A stretch of DNA of 63,875 nt, filler included, from Octopus bimaculoides (Eukaryota), in NCBI RefSeq assembly GCF_001194135.2. It is 7 parts of 7 records of this genome, joined end to end, with 100 filler letters (N's around TTAATTAATTAA, not from the genome) between each part and the next. Parts side by side here need not be neighbours in the genome. Positions count along the whole stretch, not along the records: positions 33,408 to 56,192 come from NC_069010.1; positions 56,293 to 59,603 come from NC_068985.1; 5 more parts are not named here. One strand, given 5' to 3'. The position numbers and the translations under genes were made by a program. Each line of letters starts with the position of its first letter. Position 1 is the stretch's first letter. The notes beneath the pieces were generated by a model, which saw only the letters and a program-made list of their open reading frames with translations, was not told the DNA's origin and made no database searches. Positions 47,851 through 59,703 of this stretch are shown piece after piece.

Positions 47851-49556
47851 TTTGTTCTAGGCTAAGTTTTCGTTATTTTCATTGCTTTATTTTTTTTTTT
47901 TTAAGGGGTTTTCGAGTTGCGTAGGGTGACACCACTGCGACGTTCAATTAGTCTTGTCTCCGATTTTTTCATTAATAAATTGCGATTTTAAGGGCAGTTT
48001 CGAACGATTAACAACCAAGTTCTCTAGAATGGTTGCTCACACACACAAGTATAATACTTCTCACTGTGATCATCACTTTTAAGGGTTCGTAAGACATGAT
48101 CCCAAATCTCATTTTAAGTGTGGACCAAACGTAAGCTATGTATAAATACGTGTGTGTGTGTGTGTGCCTCTATTATCGACACAAAACGTTTAACAATTTG
48201 GGGTTCGAACAACCCCCACCTCTCCTCTGGACTATGTGAATGAAAGGAAGACCCTGGAAGAATTTCTGATGTCTTGGGGCAGGGGTTTTCAAACTGTTGT
48301 CCGCAAGGACAAGACAGGGGGTCCTTAGACAGCAAATACTTTTTATGGGCAATTTGATTTTATATATGTTTTTTAATTGAAATCTTTTAATTGACAATAA
48401 AGAACGTGTTGTTTACATTCCACGGCAGTAATTGTTTTCACCTCAATAGACGTCAGTGATTGGTTGAAATTACCGAAATACGACAATTTTTTATACATGA
48501 AATAACTTCGAATACAAAATTTTTTTATCTGTTCCATAACACAAAATATACAAGTATACGAAGTTTGAAAGTGTTTCGGTACCAAAAACACTACATAAAA
48601 CATAAATGAAGAGTGTTGCCCGTCAAATCAGAAAGATCCAATTTCAGTAAAAAAATATCCACTTTTCAGAAAGCTATGAGGAAACAAAATTTTTTAGGTA
48701 CACCTGTGCAATATATAATACAAATAATGTGAGTATATGCATATATACGTACATGTATGTACATACCTACATCTACATGTATATCTGGGTACAGGACGTC
48801 ACAAAAAAAAAAACGTGGACAAAATGAAAAACAGAACATAAACAGAGCACAAACAGGCCACATAGATAATATTTCCTTCATCAGTTGCCCCTACACATAC
48901 ATATATACACACACAAACATATATATATATATAAACATGTACACAGACATATGCAAAATCTAAGACGATCAGTCAACAAATGTTTGACAAACGGCGTAGT
49001 TTCCACGAATGGGGAGTGTATAAAAATATCCAGTGTTAAACGCAATACCGAAACGAAAGACCATCTATTGCTGATTGTCATTTCAAGACCAAAAAAAAAA
49101 AAATAGGAAAGCTAGGTAACTTTCCCGTATTTAAATTATTGTTTTTTTTTTGTCTTTTACTAGTTTCAGTCATTTGACTGCGGCCATGCTGGAGCACCGC
49201 CTTTAGTCAAGCAAATCGACCCCAGAGCTTGTTGTTTGTAAGCCTAGCACTTATTCGATCGGCCTTTTTTGCCGAACCGCTACCCATTAATTATAAGATA
49301 CTATGACGTACANNNNNNNNNNNNNNNNNNNNNNNNNNNNNNNNNNNNNNNNNNNNNNNNNNNNNNNNNNNNNNNNNNNNNNNNNNNNNNNNNNNNNNNN
49401 NNNNNNNNNNNNNNNNNNNNNNNNNNNNNNNNNNNNNNNNNNNNNNNNNNNNNNNNNNNNNNNNNNNNNNNNNNNNNNNNNNNNNNNNNNNNNNNNNNNN
49501 NNNNNNNNNNNNNNNNNNNNNNNNNNNNNNNNNNNNNNNNNNNNNNNNNNNNNNNN

Positions 49557-50045
49557 GTAGTAAGAAGTTTGCTTCCCAACCACATGGCCCCGGGTTCAGT
49601 CCCACTGCGTGATATGTGTGTGTCTTTGTCCCACCCACACCCCAGTAGTGGCTAGTGTTTACGTTCCCGAAACTTGGCGGTTGGGCAACTGAGGCCAATA
49701 GAATAAGTACCAAGCAATCATTCGACTAAAAGTCCTTCAAGGCAGGGTAAGTTTTCAGATTAACACCCGCACGATCTTCACTAGGGTGTTAGGGTTAGAG
49801 TTTTAGGGTCAGGGTTAGGGTTTTAGGGTTACGGTTAGGGACGGACTTCCCTAACCCAAACCCTAACTGTAACCCTAACCCTGACCCTAAAACCCTAACA
49901 CCTTAGTGAAGATCGTGCGGGTGTTAATCTGAAAAAATTACCCAAGGCAGTGCCCCACCATGGCTGCAGTAAAATCCATTCACAAGGCTTCGGTTAACCC
50001 GCGGCTATAGTCTTAGAAGACACTTGCCCCAAGTGCCATGCAGTT
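49557..50045 (+). mobile_element. Family-2 SINE remnant interrupted by a MITE
   Basis: The SINE tail ...AAAAGTCCTTCAAGGCAG|TGCCCCACCATGGCTGCAGT is split by the MITE at 49746-49942. Confidence 0.75.
49746..49942. mobile_element. Merlin-like MITE family A, copy 3, 8-bp TSD
   Basis: TSD CAAGGCAG (49738-49745, 49943-49950), a long TIR, and the longest TTAGGG/CCCTAA-like core of the three copies. Confidence 0.88.
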
Positions 50046-52619
50046 CTCTGCAAAATTTCATTTAAAAAACATATTCATAAATGGATTTTTCAGAAAATTA
50101 AGAAGAAAATGAAAAATGGAGGTGTGGCACCGAAATCTTTGACAACACCAACATGCAATTGTAACCCAAGTAAACCTGACATATTGGAATAGTTCTGAAA
50201 GACCGGGAGTGGTTAGCAGGTCATGGCCGACTTTTCAATCGGGTCACCGCGATCTAACGTTGACCTGGACCTAAACGACAAACAACACATTTACCTAATG
50301 TGTCTCCCATGTTAGTGTGGCCTATTTAGGGCAAGGTATGAAGAGTACATCATCAGCTAGTGTGATCTGAAGGAGATTTGGTTGTTGTTTCTAGCAGGAG
50401 TAGCAACCATGAAGAGGCTACATGTTGATAGCTGTCTTTATGTTTAGCACTGGGTCGGTCAACCGTCAACTAGCCGGAAGGAAATTCGGTTCTTATTTCT
50501 AGCACGAGGGGCAACCACGAAGAGGCTACCTGCAAATTGTCGTTATGTTTAACCCCAGGATCAACCCTAAACAGGCCAATCAAACGTAGTTCAGCTGTAA
50601 CTACTTTGCCTTTTTCTTGGGGCCAGAATATAATATTTTGGTTCGGATGCACTGATGTGTCCTTCCCCCTTAGATAGGCATTGTAGTTGGTTTGAGGGGA
50701 TTTGGCTGCTGTTTCTAGCAATGGAAATCAATAACCCCCCCCCTTAGACAAATGTTACATTTCCAATAACCACAAAGACATGGATATATATATATACACA
50801 CGTGTAGATGTACATATATAGGTACACATGCACTGTACAAACGCATGTATATGATTATACATGCACACAATTATACATGTATATATTTACATGTAATATT
50901 CATGCATACATGTGTATACTCATGTCATTATAAATATATATAAGGATCGTTTGCAGAAATACATGAACCCGGAGGAGAAGCAGACTCTAAAATGTAGAGC
51001 AGTTAATATTTTTATAGTGGGGTAGGCCGGTTTATGGGGGTACCTCTTTAAAATAAACCCCTCATGAGCGAGAAACCCAGGGTAACCCCTTAAACCAGCC
51101 TACCTCACTAATAGATATACATACATACATATATATATATATACATATAAAACTGCCGAATTGATGCAAATAAAGAGATGACAGAAAAAGGATTGGTATC
51201 GAAAGATCGCCATATACATATATATATACTCTTTACTCTCTTTTACTTGTTTCAGTCTTTTGACTGTGGCCCTGTTGGAGCACCGCCTTTTAGTCGAGCA
51301 AATCGACCCCAGGAGTTATTCTTTGGGAAGCCTAGTACTTATTCTAGCGTTGTCATTTGCCGAACCGCTATGTTACGGGGACATAAACACACCAGCATCG
51401 GTTGTCAAGCGATGTTAGGGGGACAAACACAGACACACAAACACATACATATATATATAGATACATATATACGACGGGATATATAAACCCATACATACAT
51501 ATAGTCATATCTATGGGGCTTAATACTCTCACATGCACATAATCATATACACATGTATATTATACAAACATTATATACACATATATAAACACATCCATAC
51601 GTATATGAATTCTAGAGGGAGAGAGAGAGAGACAGACAGGGACGGGGATTAACCAAAGCGATCATGGCTGTTATTTTAATCCAAGATCAGAGCCAAGCCT
51701 GCCCTAGCAACAAACCCTTTGGTATGCGGTATGGAACCATCAAAGACTTCCCAGAGCCAGGACAATCTCCCCCCCCCCCATCTATATTTCAGTTATTGCT
51801 TGTTTTTCCCTTTCCTATTTACATTTTCGTTTGTTTTTTTGTTTTTTTTTTAAATAAATTTAAGGGTACATCTTCAGAATTTCAAAAAAAAAAAAAGATT
51901 TGACTGCTATTTCAGTTAAGTTTATCNNNNNNNNNNNNNNNNNNNNNNNNNNNNNNNNNNNNNNNNNNNNNNNNNNNNNNNNNNNNNNNNNNNNNNNNNN
52001 NNNNNNNNNNNNNNNNNNNNNNNNNNNNNNNNNNNNNNNNNNNNNNNNNNNNNNNNNNNNNNNNNNNNNNNNNNNNNNNNNNNNNNNNNNNNNNNNNNNN
52101 NNNNNNNNNNNNNNNNNNNNNNNNNNNNNNNNNNNNNNNNNNNNNNNNNNNNNNNNNNNNNNNNNNNNNNNNNNNNNNNNNNNNNNNNNNNNNNNNNNNN
52201 NNNNNNNNNNNNNNNNNNNNNNNNNNNNNNNNNNNNNNNNNNNNNNNNNNNNNNNNNNNNNNNNNNNNNNNNNNNNNNNNNNNNNNNNNNNNNNNNNNNN
52301 NNNNNNNNNNNNNNNNNNNNNNNNNNNNNNNNNNNNNNNNNNNNNNNNNNNNNNNNNNNNNNNNNNNNNNNNNNNNNNNNNNNNNNNNNNNNNNNNNNNN
52401 NNNNNNNNNNNNNNNNNNNNNNNNNNNNNNNNNNNNNNNNNNNNNNNNNNNNNNNNNNNNNNNNNNNNNNNNNNNNNNNNNNNNNNNNNNNNNNNNNNNN
52501 NNNNNNNNNNNNNNNNNNNNNNNNNNNNNNNNNNNNNNNNNNNNNNNNNNNNNNNNNNNNNNNNNNNNNNNNNNNNNNNNNNNNNNNNNNNNNNNNNNNN
52601 NNNNNNNNNNNNNNNNNNG

Positions 52620-53010
52620 AAGAGAGATAGAAACAAAGGGAGGAGGGAGAATGGGATGAGGAGAGGGAGGAAGAGAGATAGAAACAAAGGGAGGAGGGAG
52701 AATGGGATGAGGAGAGGGAGGAAGAGAGATAGAAACAAAGGGAGGAGGGAGAATGGGATGAGGAGAGGTAGATAGATATAGAAACAAAGGGAGGAGTAGA
52801 TAGATAGATAGATATAGAAACAAAGGGAGGAGGGAGATTGGGATGAGGAGGAGTAGATAGATAGATAGATAGATATAGATAGATAGATAGATAGATATAG
52901 AAACAAAGGGAGGAGGGAGAATGGGATGAGGAGAGGTAGATAGATAGATAGATATAGAAACAAAGGGAGGAGGGAGAAGGGGATGAGGAGAGGTAGAAAG
53001 ATAGATAGAT
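52620..53010. repeat. 51-bp purine-rich minisatellite degenerating into (GATA)n
   Basis: The unit GATAGAAACAAAGGGAGGAGGGAGAATGGGATGAGGAGAGGGAGGAAGAGA abuts a gap. Confidence 0.85.
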
Positions 53011-54467
53011 GTAGAAAGAAAGGGAGGAGGAAGAAGTGAAAAGGACAAATAGATATTAAAGAGAGAGAGAGCAGATGAGACTTAGTGTCAGAGAGGAAAA
53101 AAAATGGTGTAGGAGGAAGGGGAGGAGAAGGAGGCCACGAACGGGCATGTAGTCAGCGATGCAGATTTGAAGAGAGAGGAAGGGAGGAAAGCATGACGAG
53201 AAGTAAAACAAAAAGATACATATGGAAAGCAAGGGAGGAGGAGAGAGAGACGGTGACAAATACAATTTAAAGACAGAGAGAGGAGATGAGTGTTGGCGAA
53301 AAACGAGGACGAAAGAGGGGGAGGAGAAAAAAAAGGGTAACACAACAATTCAGATGATGTTGTAAAGAGAGGGAAGGGAAGCGGTGGGGAAAGGAGAGTG
53401 ATCAACAAATACATTTTGTATAGAAAGGGGAGGAGAGAAGATATAGTAAAAGGGGAAAACAAAGAAAGCATGAGTGGTGGGGGAAAAGGAAGGGGAGAAG
53501 ACCGAATGACGAAGGATGAGGCCGATTTTCCATTTGGCGCCATCTGCAGTGAAGATGTTAGCGCGGGATGTGAACTGCCCTTGTAGATTAATTTCTTACA
53601 CAAAATATCAGTTTCCAATATATTTATTCATTTCTTGTGCATACATTTTTGTTAAAATTTACTTTATGCTTAACTTAATCCAGTTTTTGTTTTGCAAAAC
53701 AAGTACAGGGGAATGAATTCGTTCCACAAAATCCTTCAAGGCGTGGTCCCTGCATGGCCATAGTTAAATGACTGAAAGGATCTAAATGCACACGCGTGCG
53801 TGCGTGTGTGTGTGTGTGTGTGTGTTGATTAGTCAGTTTTATTTCAAGATTTCTTGCCATTAGAGAAGTAGTCGGTTTCTAACCTAAATTCCTTTCCCTG
53901 GAATTTCAACTATGTACACGTATGAGCAAACAAAATTTTCAAAGAATTAAAAAATATATACAATTAAACCTTGGGAGAGGCATTATGCCAGTATTAAACA
54001 CACGCACTGGTTCAGTCCTTTATTAATTTATATAGTTTTTTGTTAAATTATTTCATTGCATTCTTGCAATCTCTTCACTAACTTGTCTCTCCACTTCCAT
54101 TTATTTTGAATGTATGATCTGGCGTTTTGGATCGCTATGATTTTTAGAAATAAAACATTTATCATATTTACAAATGTGTAAATATGATAAATATGCGGTA
54201 CTATTATTATTATTTGTACCGTTTCCCAGTAAGAACACAACAATTGGAACAGCACCACTACAGTAGTGACGCGGCGGTGGTGGTGGTGGTGGTAGTAGTA
54301 GTAGTAGGTTTCATTGAAGTAGTAGTAAACAACGTCTGTTTTCTCTTTCATTCAGTCGCTTTACCTTTCTCTCTTTCTACTTCCCTCCATTTCGTACGCG
54401 CGCTAGCAATACATAGATGTAACCTTGAACTAAAGCGTCGTCTATTGAAATACCACCTAAATATTTG

Positions 54468-54586
54468 GGATCTTTCTGATTTGACGGGCAACACTTTTCA
54501 TTTATGTTTTATGTAATGTTTTTTTTTGCATTCGAAGTTATTTCATGTTAAGAAAACAAGTGGTGCCCGTCAAATCAGAAAGATCC
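54468..54586. mobile_element. Short MITE, 23-bp perfect TIR
   Basis: GGATCTTTCTGATTTGACGGGCA ... TGCCCGTCAAATCAGAAAGATCC. Confidence 0.7.
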
Positions 54587-55799
54587 TTTTTATCTTCCAA
54601 ACTGTATTAACTTACTAAACTAGCTCTCTTTCTCTCATACGCATTCTACATTTCTGTAACCTTAAATCAAAGCGTCGTGAATTGAAATACCACCAAAATA
54701 TTTGGGTCATATTTAGTGATTGAAACAAATAAATGAATGCTTAAATTTGGTAATCATTATAAATTACTGTTTTTATCTCTCAAACCCATTGCTGTACTAA
54801 CGTGCTAAACTCAAGGCATTCAACACCAGAGCTGAGGTCACCTCCGAAAGTAGGGGGAGGGGCCCCGCACGTCGAAAACGGTATAGGAATAGGGGCCGAA
54901 ACCGGACGTGGTTCCTCCCGATGATGCCTTTAGCCACTGGATCCTATAAAGGGAGCTATTGAGGTAGCGAACCACGAAACGTGGTTGGAATTCCTCCTGT
55001 ATGTATGTGAAGGTGTGTATCTTTGTGTTTGTCCCCTACCGCCGCTTCATAACCGGTGTTAGTTTATTTACCTTCCCGGTAACATAGTGGTTCAGGATAA
55101 AGCTCACTTTGTTCGACTGAAGAACCCTCACAGACACACACACACACATACACCCACACAGAGAATATGTTCGAATTGGAAGGGCAATAACTCTTGTTAA
55201 TTATTTTTTTTCTCTTTCTGGCTTGTTGTTACACCGTAGTCACTCTCGTTCGTTCGGAGTACAATTTGTAAGAATGGCTCCAAGATGGTCGTGTTTACAA
55301 GATGTGATCATCACCAATGTTAATATTCTTCGCTATTTGGTCCCTTCTGCTCACTTTACCGGCTAGAATTCGCCTCACTCCTCACACGCGAACAGATCTA
55401 CTCCTTAAGCAATACAGGTTGTTTTAGTTCATTTACTAAATGTACATATTTGTCTCTTTGTTCGTCTGTCTTTGTTGTTTGTATACGATAACTAAGATAT
55501 ATATATATATATATATATTATACATACACACACCTGTGTTTGTAAATATATACATTCAAGTTATTTACATAGGGAAGCTGTTCAACCAACATGAGATCTT
55601 TAACATGATAATCAACGTACTATTAGTAACAACAAAATCTCGCTTTGAACAAACATCACCAACTTAAAAACGTTGCATCATGTAGTGCAACATATTCCTA
55701 TAAAGACGGGATAGTCATGATCGGAATGCCTTAATCTACACGGACAGGCTAACTTGGGGTTAAACCACAACTACACTCACGCACATATTGTATGTATGC

Positions 55800-56168
55800 A
55801 TGTTCGGAGAGCTTGCTTACCAACCACATGATTCCGGGTTCAGTCCCACTGTATGGCACCTTGGTTAAGTGTCTTCTACTATAGCCTCGAGCCGATCAAA
55901 GCCTTGTGAGTGGATTTAGTAGACGAAAACTGAAAGAAGCCCGTCGTATATATGTATATATATATATATATGTGTGTGCGTGCTTGTCCCCCCCCAACAT
56001 CGCTTGACAACCGATGCTGGTGTGTTTACGTCCCCGTAACTTAGCGGTTCGGCAAAAAGAGACTTATAGAATAAGTACTAGGCTTACAAAGAATAAGTCC
56101 TGGGGTCGATTTGATTCGACTAAAGGCGGTGTTCCAGCATGGCCGCAGTCAAATGACTGAAACAAGTA
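55800..56168 (+). mobile_element. Near full-length family-2 SINE
   Basis: ...GCTTACCAACCACATGATTCCGGGTTCAGTCCCACTG...(TA)n...GCATGGCCGCAGTCAAATGACTGAAACAAGTAAAAG. Confidence 0.85.
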
Positions 56169-56192
56169 AAAGAAAAGAATAAAAGTATATAT

Positions 56193-56292
56193 NNNNNNNN
56201 NNNNNNNNNNNNNNNNNNNNNNNNNNNNNNNNNNNNTTAATTAATTAANNNNNNNNNNNNNNNNNNNNNNNNNNNNNNNNNNNNNNNNNNNN
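56193..56292. other. Artificial scaffold join
   Basis: 44 N + TTAATTAATTAA (56237-56248) + 44 N. Confidence 0.9.
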
Positions 56293-56299
56293 GTGTGAC

Positions 56300-57144
56300 T
56301 ACTATCTAGATTTTCCTGATGTATTTTTCCTTTCAATTGTTCTACTTTTATTTCTGATATTTTTTTTTGCTTTTAGAATATATCTTCTTATGTTAGCTAG
56401 TTTGTTAGGTTCATTGTTTTATCGAGGTCTATATTTACATTATTTTTCTTCCATATTTTATATGCATGTGTTGTTGCGTTTTCGTTTTTTCGGTAGAGCA
56501 CTGCTGTGAAATAAGCGTGTAAGATCGAAATGTATTACTCACGTGTCCATTTATGCCGTTTTGGTTTTGTTTGCGCTACATGAGGAACAACGTCCGGTCC
56601 TTTATTTTGACGGTCATCGTTTTCGTAGGGTACCGGTTCGTTCATTTCTGTTGTCAGATTGTTTTGCACGTTCAGATCTTCGTAATGTTTGCGTAACAAG
56701 CTTACAGTACGCACTTCTCGGTTGTTATTCTTGGTCGGAATAATACCGGTGTTATTTAATCTGTTTGTAATTTTTTTGTACATGGTGTTTTGGGGTTCAA
56801 AGATGGTCTGATTTTGATGTAACACGTGTGTTTACGATCGCTGTGCTGGTAGTGGAGGTATCAAGTTAAAATACATCACTATATTTGGAAAAATAGAAAT
56901 AAATTTCAATGAGTATTACTTACTCGGATATAGTCCAACCCTTTGTCAGCTATTTTTTGGCTTCATGCGATGTCTTTATTTCCGATGTTTTTGGATAAAT
57001 TTCGGAGCAGTGATTTATCGTTCTCACATGTTTAAACATCCCCGGTGTAGTCTCTGTTTAAACATCCCCGGTGTAGTTTCTGTTTAAACATCCCCGGTGT
57101 AGTCTCTGTTTAAATATCTCCGGTGTAGTCTTGTTTAAACATCC
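56300..57144 (-). mobile_element. 5' portion of a third R4/Dong-like LINE
   Basis: The ORF at 56535-56825 ends QTKPKRHKWTRE, equivalent to QKSKNEKWSRE in the 8994-13525 element. The 5' end abuts (TTA)n at 57145-57215, and the element is truncated toward the join. Confidence 0.55.
57029..57144. repeat. 26-bp tandem array, ~4.5 copies
   Basis: TGTTTAAACATCCCCGGTGTAGTCTC, containing the palindrome TGTTTAAACA. Confidence 0.9.
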
Positions 57145-57215
<71 letters not shown>

Positions 57216-57597
57216 GAGTGAGATAGCAGCGCATGCCATGACAGACACCCAATATACCATCATGACTACCCGTCTGATAGGGATACACCATGCACATGCA
57301 TTACCAAGATATATGCCCGATATAGTGATTTCATCTCTAGATAAACAGCACATGATCTTGTAGGTGGGACTCAGTTAGAATTTTTGCCAGGTTGAGTAGC
57401 CTATCCCGCTCAAAAGGTCACTCAATGAGAGTTATTTAAGGACGTCAAATGAGACGTGCACGCTTCCAGAGTTAAATTATCCAAACACCAAAGAATTCCT
57501 CTCAACACATGGCTATGAATTTTCCCCTATAATTCTGCTCGTGTTCAGAGATGTACATACTGTTAGCCACCAAGGGATATTCTCAACTGGTTAAGTC
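57216..57597 (-). mobile_element. (TAA)n-tailed non-coding retroposon, copy E3 (5'-truncated, more diverged)
   Basis: Homologous to E1/E2 from GAGTGAGA.AGCAGC to ...CTCAACTGGTTAAG. Confidence 0.75.
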
Positions 57598-57829
57598 CAA
57601 TTATCAATGTTATCGATTATGAGTATTATTACTGTTTGTTCCGGGAAGGCAGCGAGCAAAGAGAATCGTATGCGGTATATCGTCTGCCTTTACGTTCTGA
57701 GTTCAAATTCCACCGAGGTCGACTTTGCCTTTCATTCTTTCGGGTCGATAAATTAAGTACCAGTGAAACATTGGAGTTGATGTAATCGGCTATCCCCCTC
57801 CGCCCAAATTTTAGGTATTGTGCCTATAA

Positions 57830-59150
57830 TAGAAAGAATTATCATTTGTTTTGGTTTTGCTGCAATTTTTACGAGTTATCATTGTGTCCGAACCAGTGAT
57901 TTCAAGGGAAAACAATTTATTATCTGAAAATGCTAACAGGTGAGGCACCATGCAATTGAAAACACTAATGTTTGAAGGATAAAAAAATATCAGAGTGCGC
58001 AAAGCTTCGTTTACGCGGAGAAGAATTTTGAAATTAGATAATTTTGGAGCTGCTAAGATTTAGTCTACATACTGATTTGCTCCTAATTGCTTCAACAATA
58101 ATAATAGGTAATACTGTGGATTGAGAACCCGATATCAGTTCATTCCTATGTGTCGCTATGGAAGTTCGATTATAAACTATTTGTGATTTACATCCTCATA
58201 GAAACTTTTCATGTTTACTTCATAAACGTGATTTCGAACAATATCACCAGTTTTATCAAAGACACTTGTCTTCTTTAAAAGGATTAGCAGCTTACATTTT
58301 CCCACTTAAAGCGTCAACTTTACTTTATCGAATATCTTTTTTCCATATATTTGTTATTTAGTATTCTTGTTTATGTTTTCTGCTTTACTATCATATATTG
58401 ACAATTTCCTTTATTTTTCATTTTTACAGTATGGCATATTGAGGGACTTTATTAGAACCAATCTCTGTTTCATGCTGCTTTGCTTCTGCTGAAGCAATTT
58501 TTTGGTTCGTCTGGACACACTTCCTCAGGGTAATTCTATGAATTTCCAGCAGATTAAGGAAATCGTTTCTTTCATATCAACTGCCGATTTGCTTTTGTAT
58601 TTTGAGTATTATTTATACTAAAATGGATGCTTCATTTTGCCATATCTGTCATGATATTTCTTATTTTTCTGTGTTGTAATATATGCGATTTAGAGAGATT
58701 ATATGCATTTGTCTTATGCATTTGATCCATTAATATTATCTAAACCCAGTTAAATCTTTCTAACTTCAGTTTTCAATAATTTTTCTTTCATGTTGTTTGG
58801 TACTTTTGTGATTACTAATCTCCTCCCTATGTTATCATCCACTTCTATGTGTTGTGACATACTTTTCTTGTTTATTTTTCCACTCCTTTCGTTATTTGCT
58901 GATAGATTAACTTTTTACTAAGCAAAAGATTTATCAGATATTTTATTAATGCTTCTTGAAACACTTTCCATTTCTTATATAAATCACCATGCATTCATTT
59001 ATAAATTGACTTTGCATTTTGTCTTATATCTCTTGTCTCCCATAATATTATATGGCTAGATATAACTCTAGTATGGGCGTTAGTTATTTTCACTTGGTAT
59101 ATGTTTTTTTTTGCAAGTGGATCATTATTTTCATTTCGAGAGTTATTAGA
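57830..59150 (-). pseudogene. Heavily decayed LINE-like coding remnant (ORF1-like + AP-endonuclease-like)
   Basis: Minus-strand fragments RRLVITKVPNNMKEKLLKTEV, LVILFEIT and AFSDNKL recall the ORF1 RRM, the QET motif and the SDH motif in the expected order. Many stops. Family uncertain. Confidence 0.3.
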
Positions 59151-59555
59151 ATTTTTATTTGCGCGTATACGATTGCAGTAAAAAATATTTTTCTTACGAC
59201 CAATTTGTAAGTAGATATATTCTTCATTATATCAATCAAATACAACTGTCTGCATTACAAACACTGTAGTGGTAGGCATTGACTTTATTATTGACATTTG
59301 AGATTTTGCCTATGACTTCACGTTGTTTCTGCGTTAAAAATTCATTCGTTACAAAAGACACACACGATAAAAAAATAACTATTTCTTTGGATTCGTACAT
59401 CTTTCAAATTCAATGATGATATTTTAAATTTTACCATTTTTTTATAAAAAATTCCAGAGCGACGTGATTTTCATCTGCGTTGTATCATAAGTTAAATTGC
59501 AGAATTTGGGGAATTTGTAAACAATCTATCGTAATCAAACACACGCACACGCACA

Positions 59556-59603
<48 letters not shown>

Positions 59604-59703
59604 NNNNNNNNNNNNNNNNNNNNNNNNNNNNNNNNNNNNNNNNNNNNTTAATTAATTAANNNNNNNNNNNNNNNNNNNNNNNNNNNNNNNNNNNNNNNNN
59701 NNN
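59604..59703. other. Artificial scaffold join
   Basis: 44 N + TTAATTAATTAA (59648-59659) + 44 N. Confidence 0.9.
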
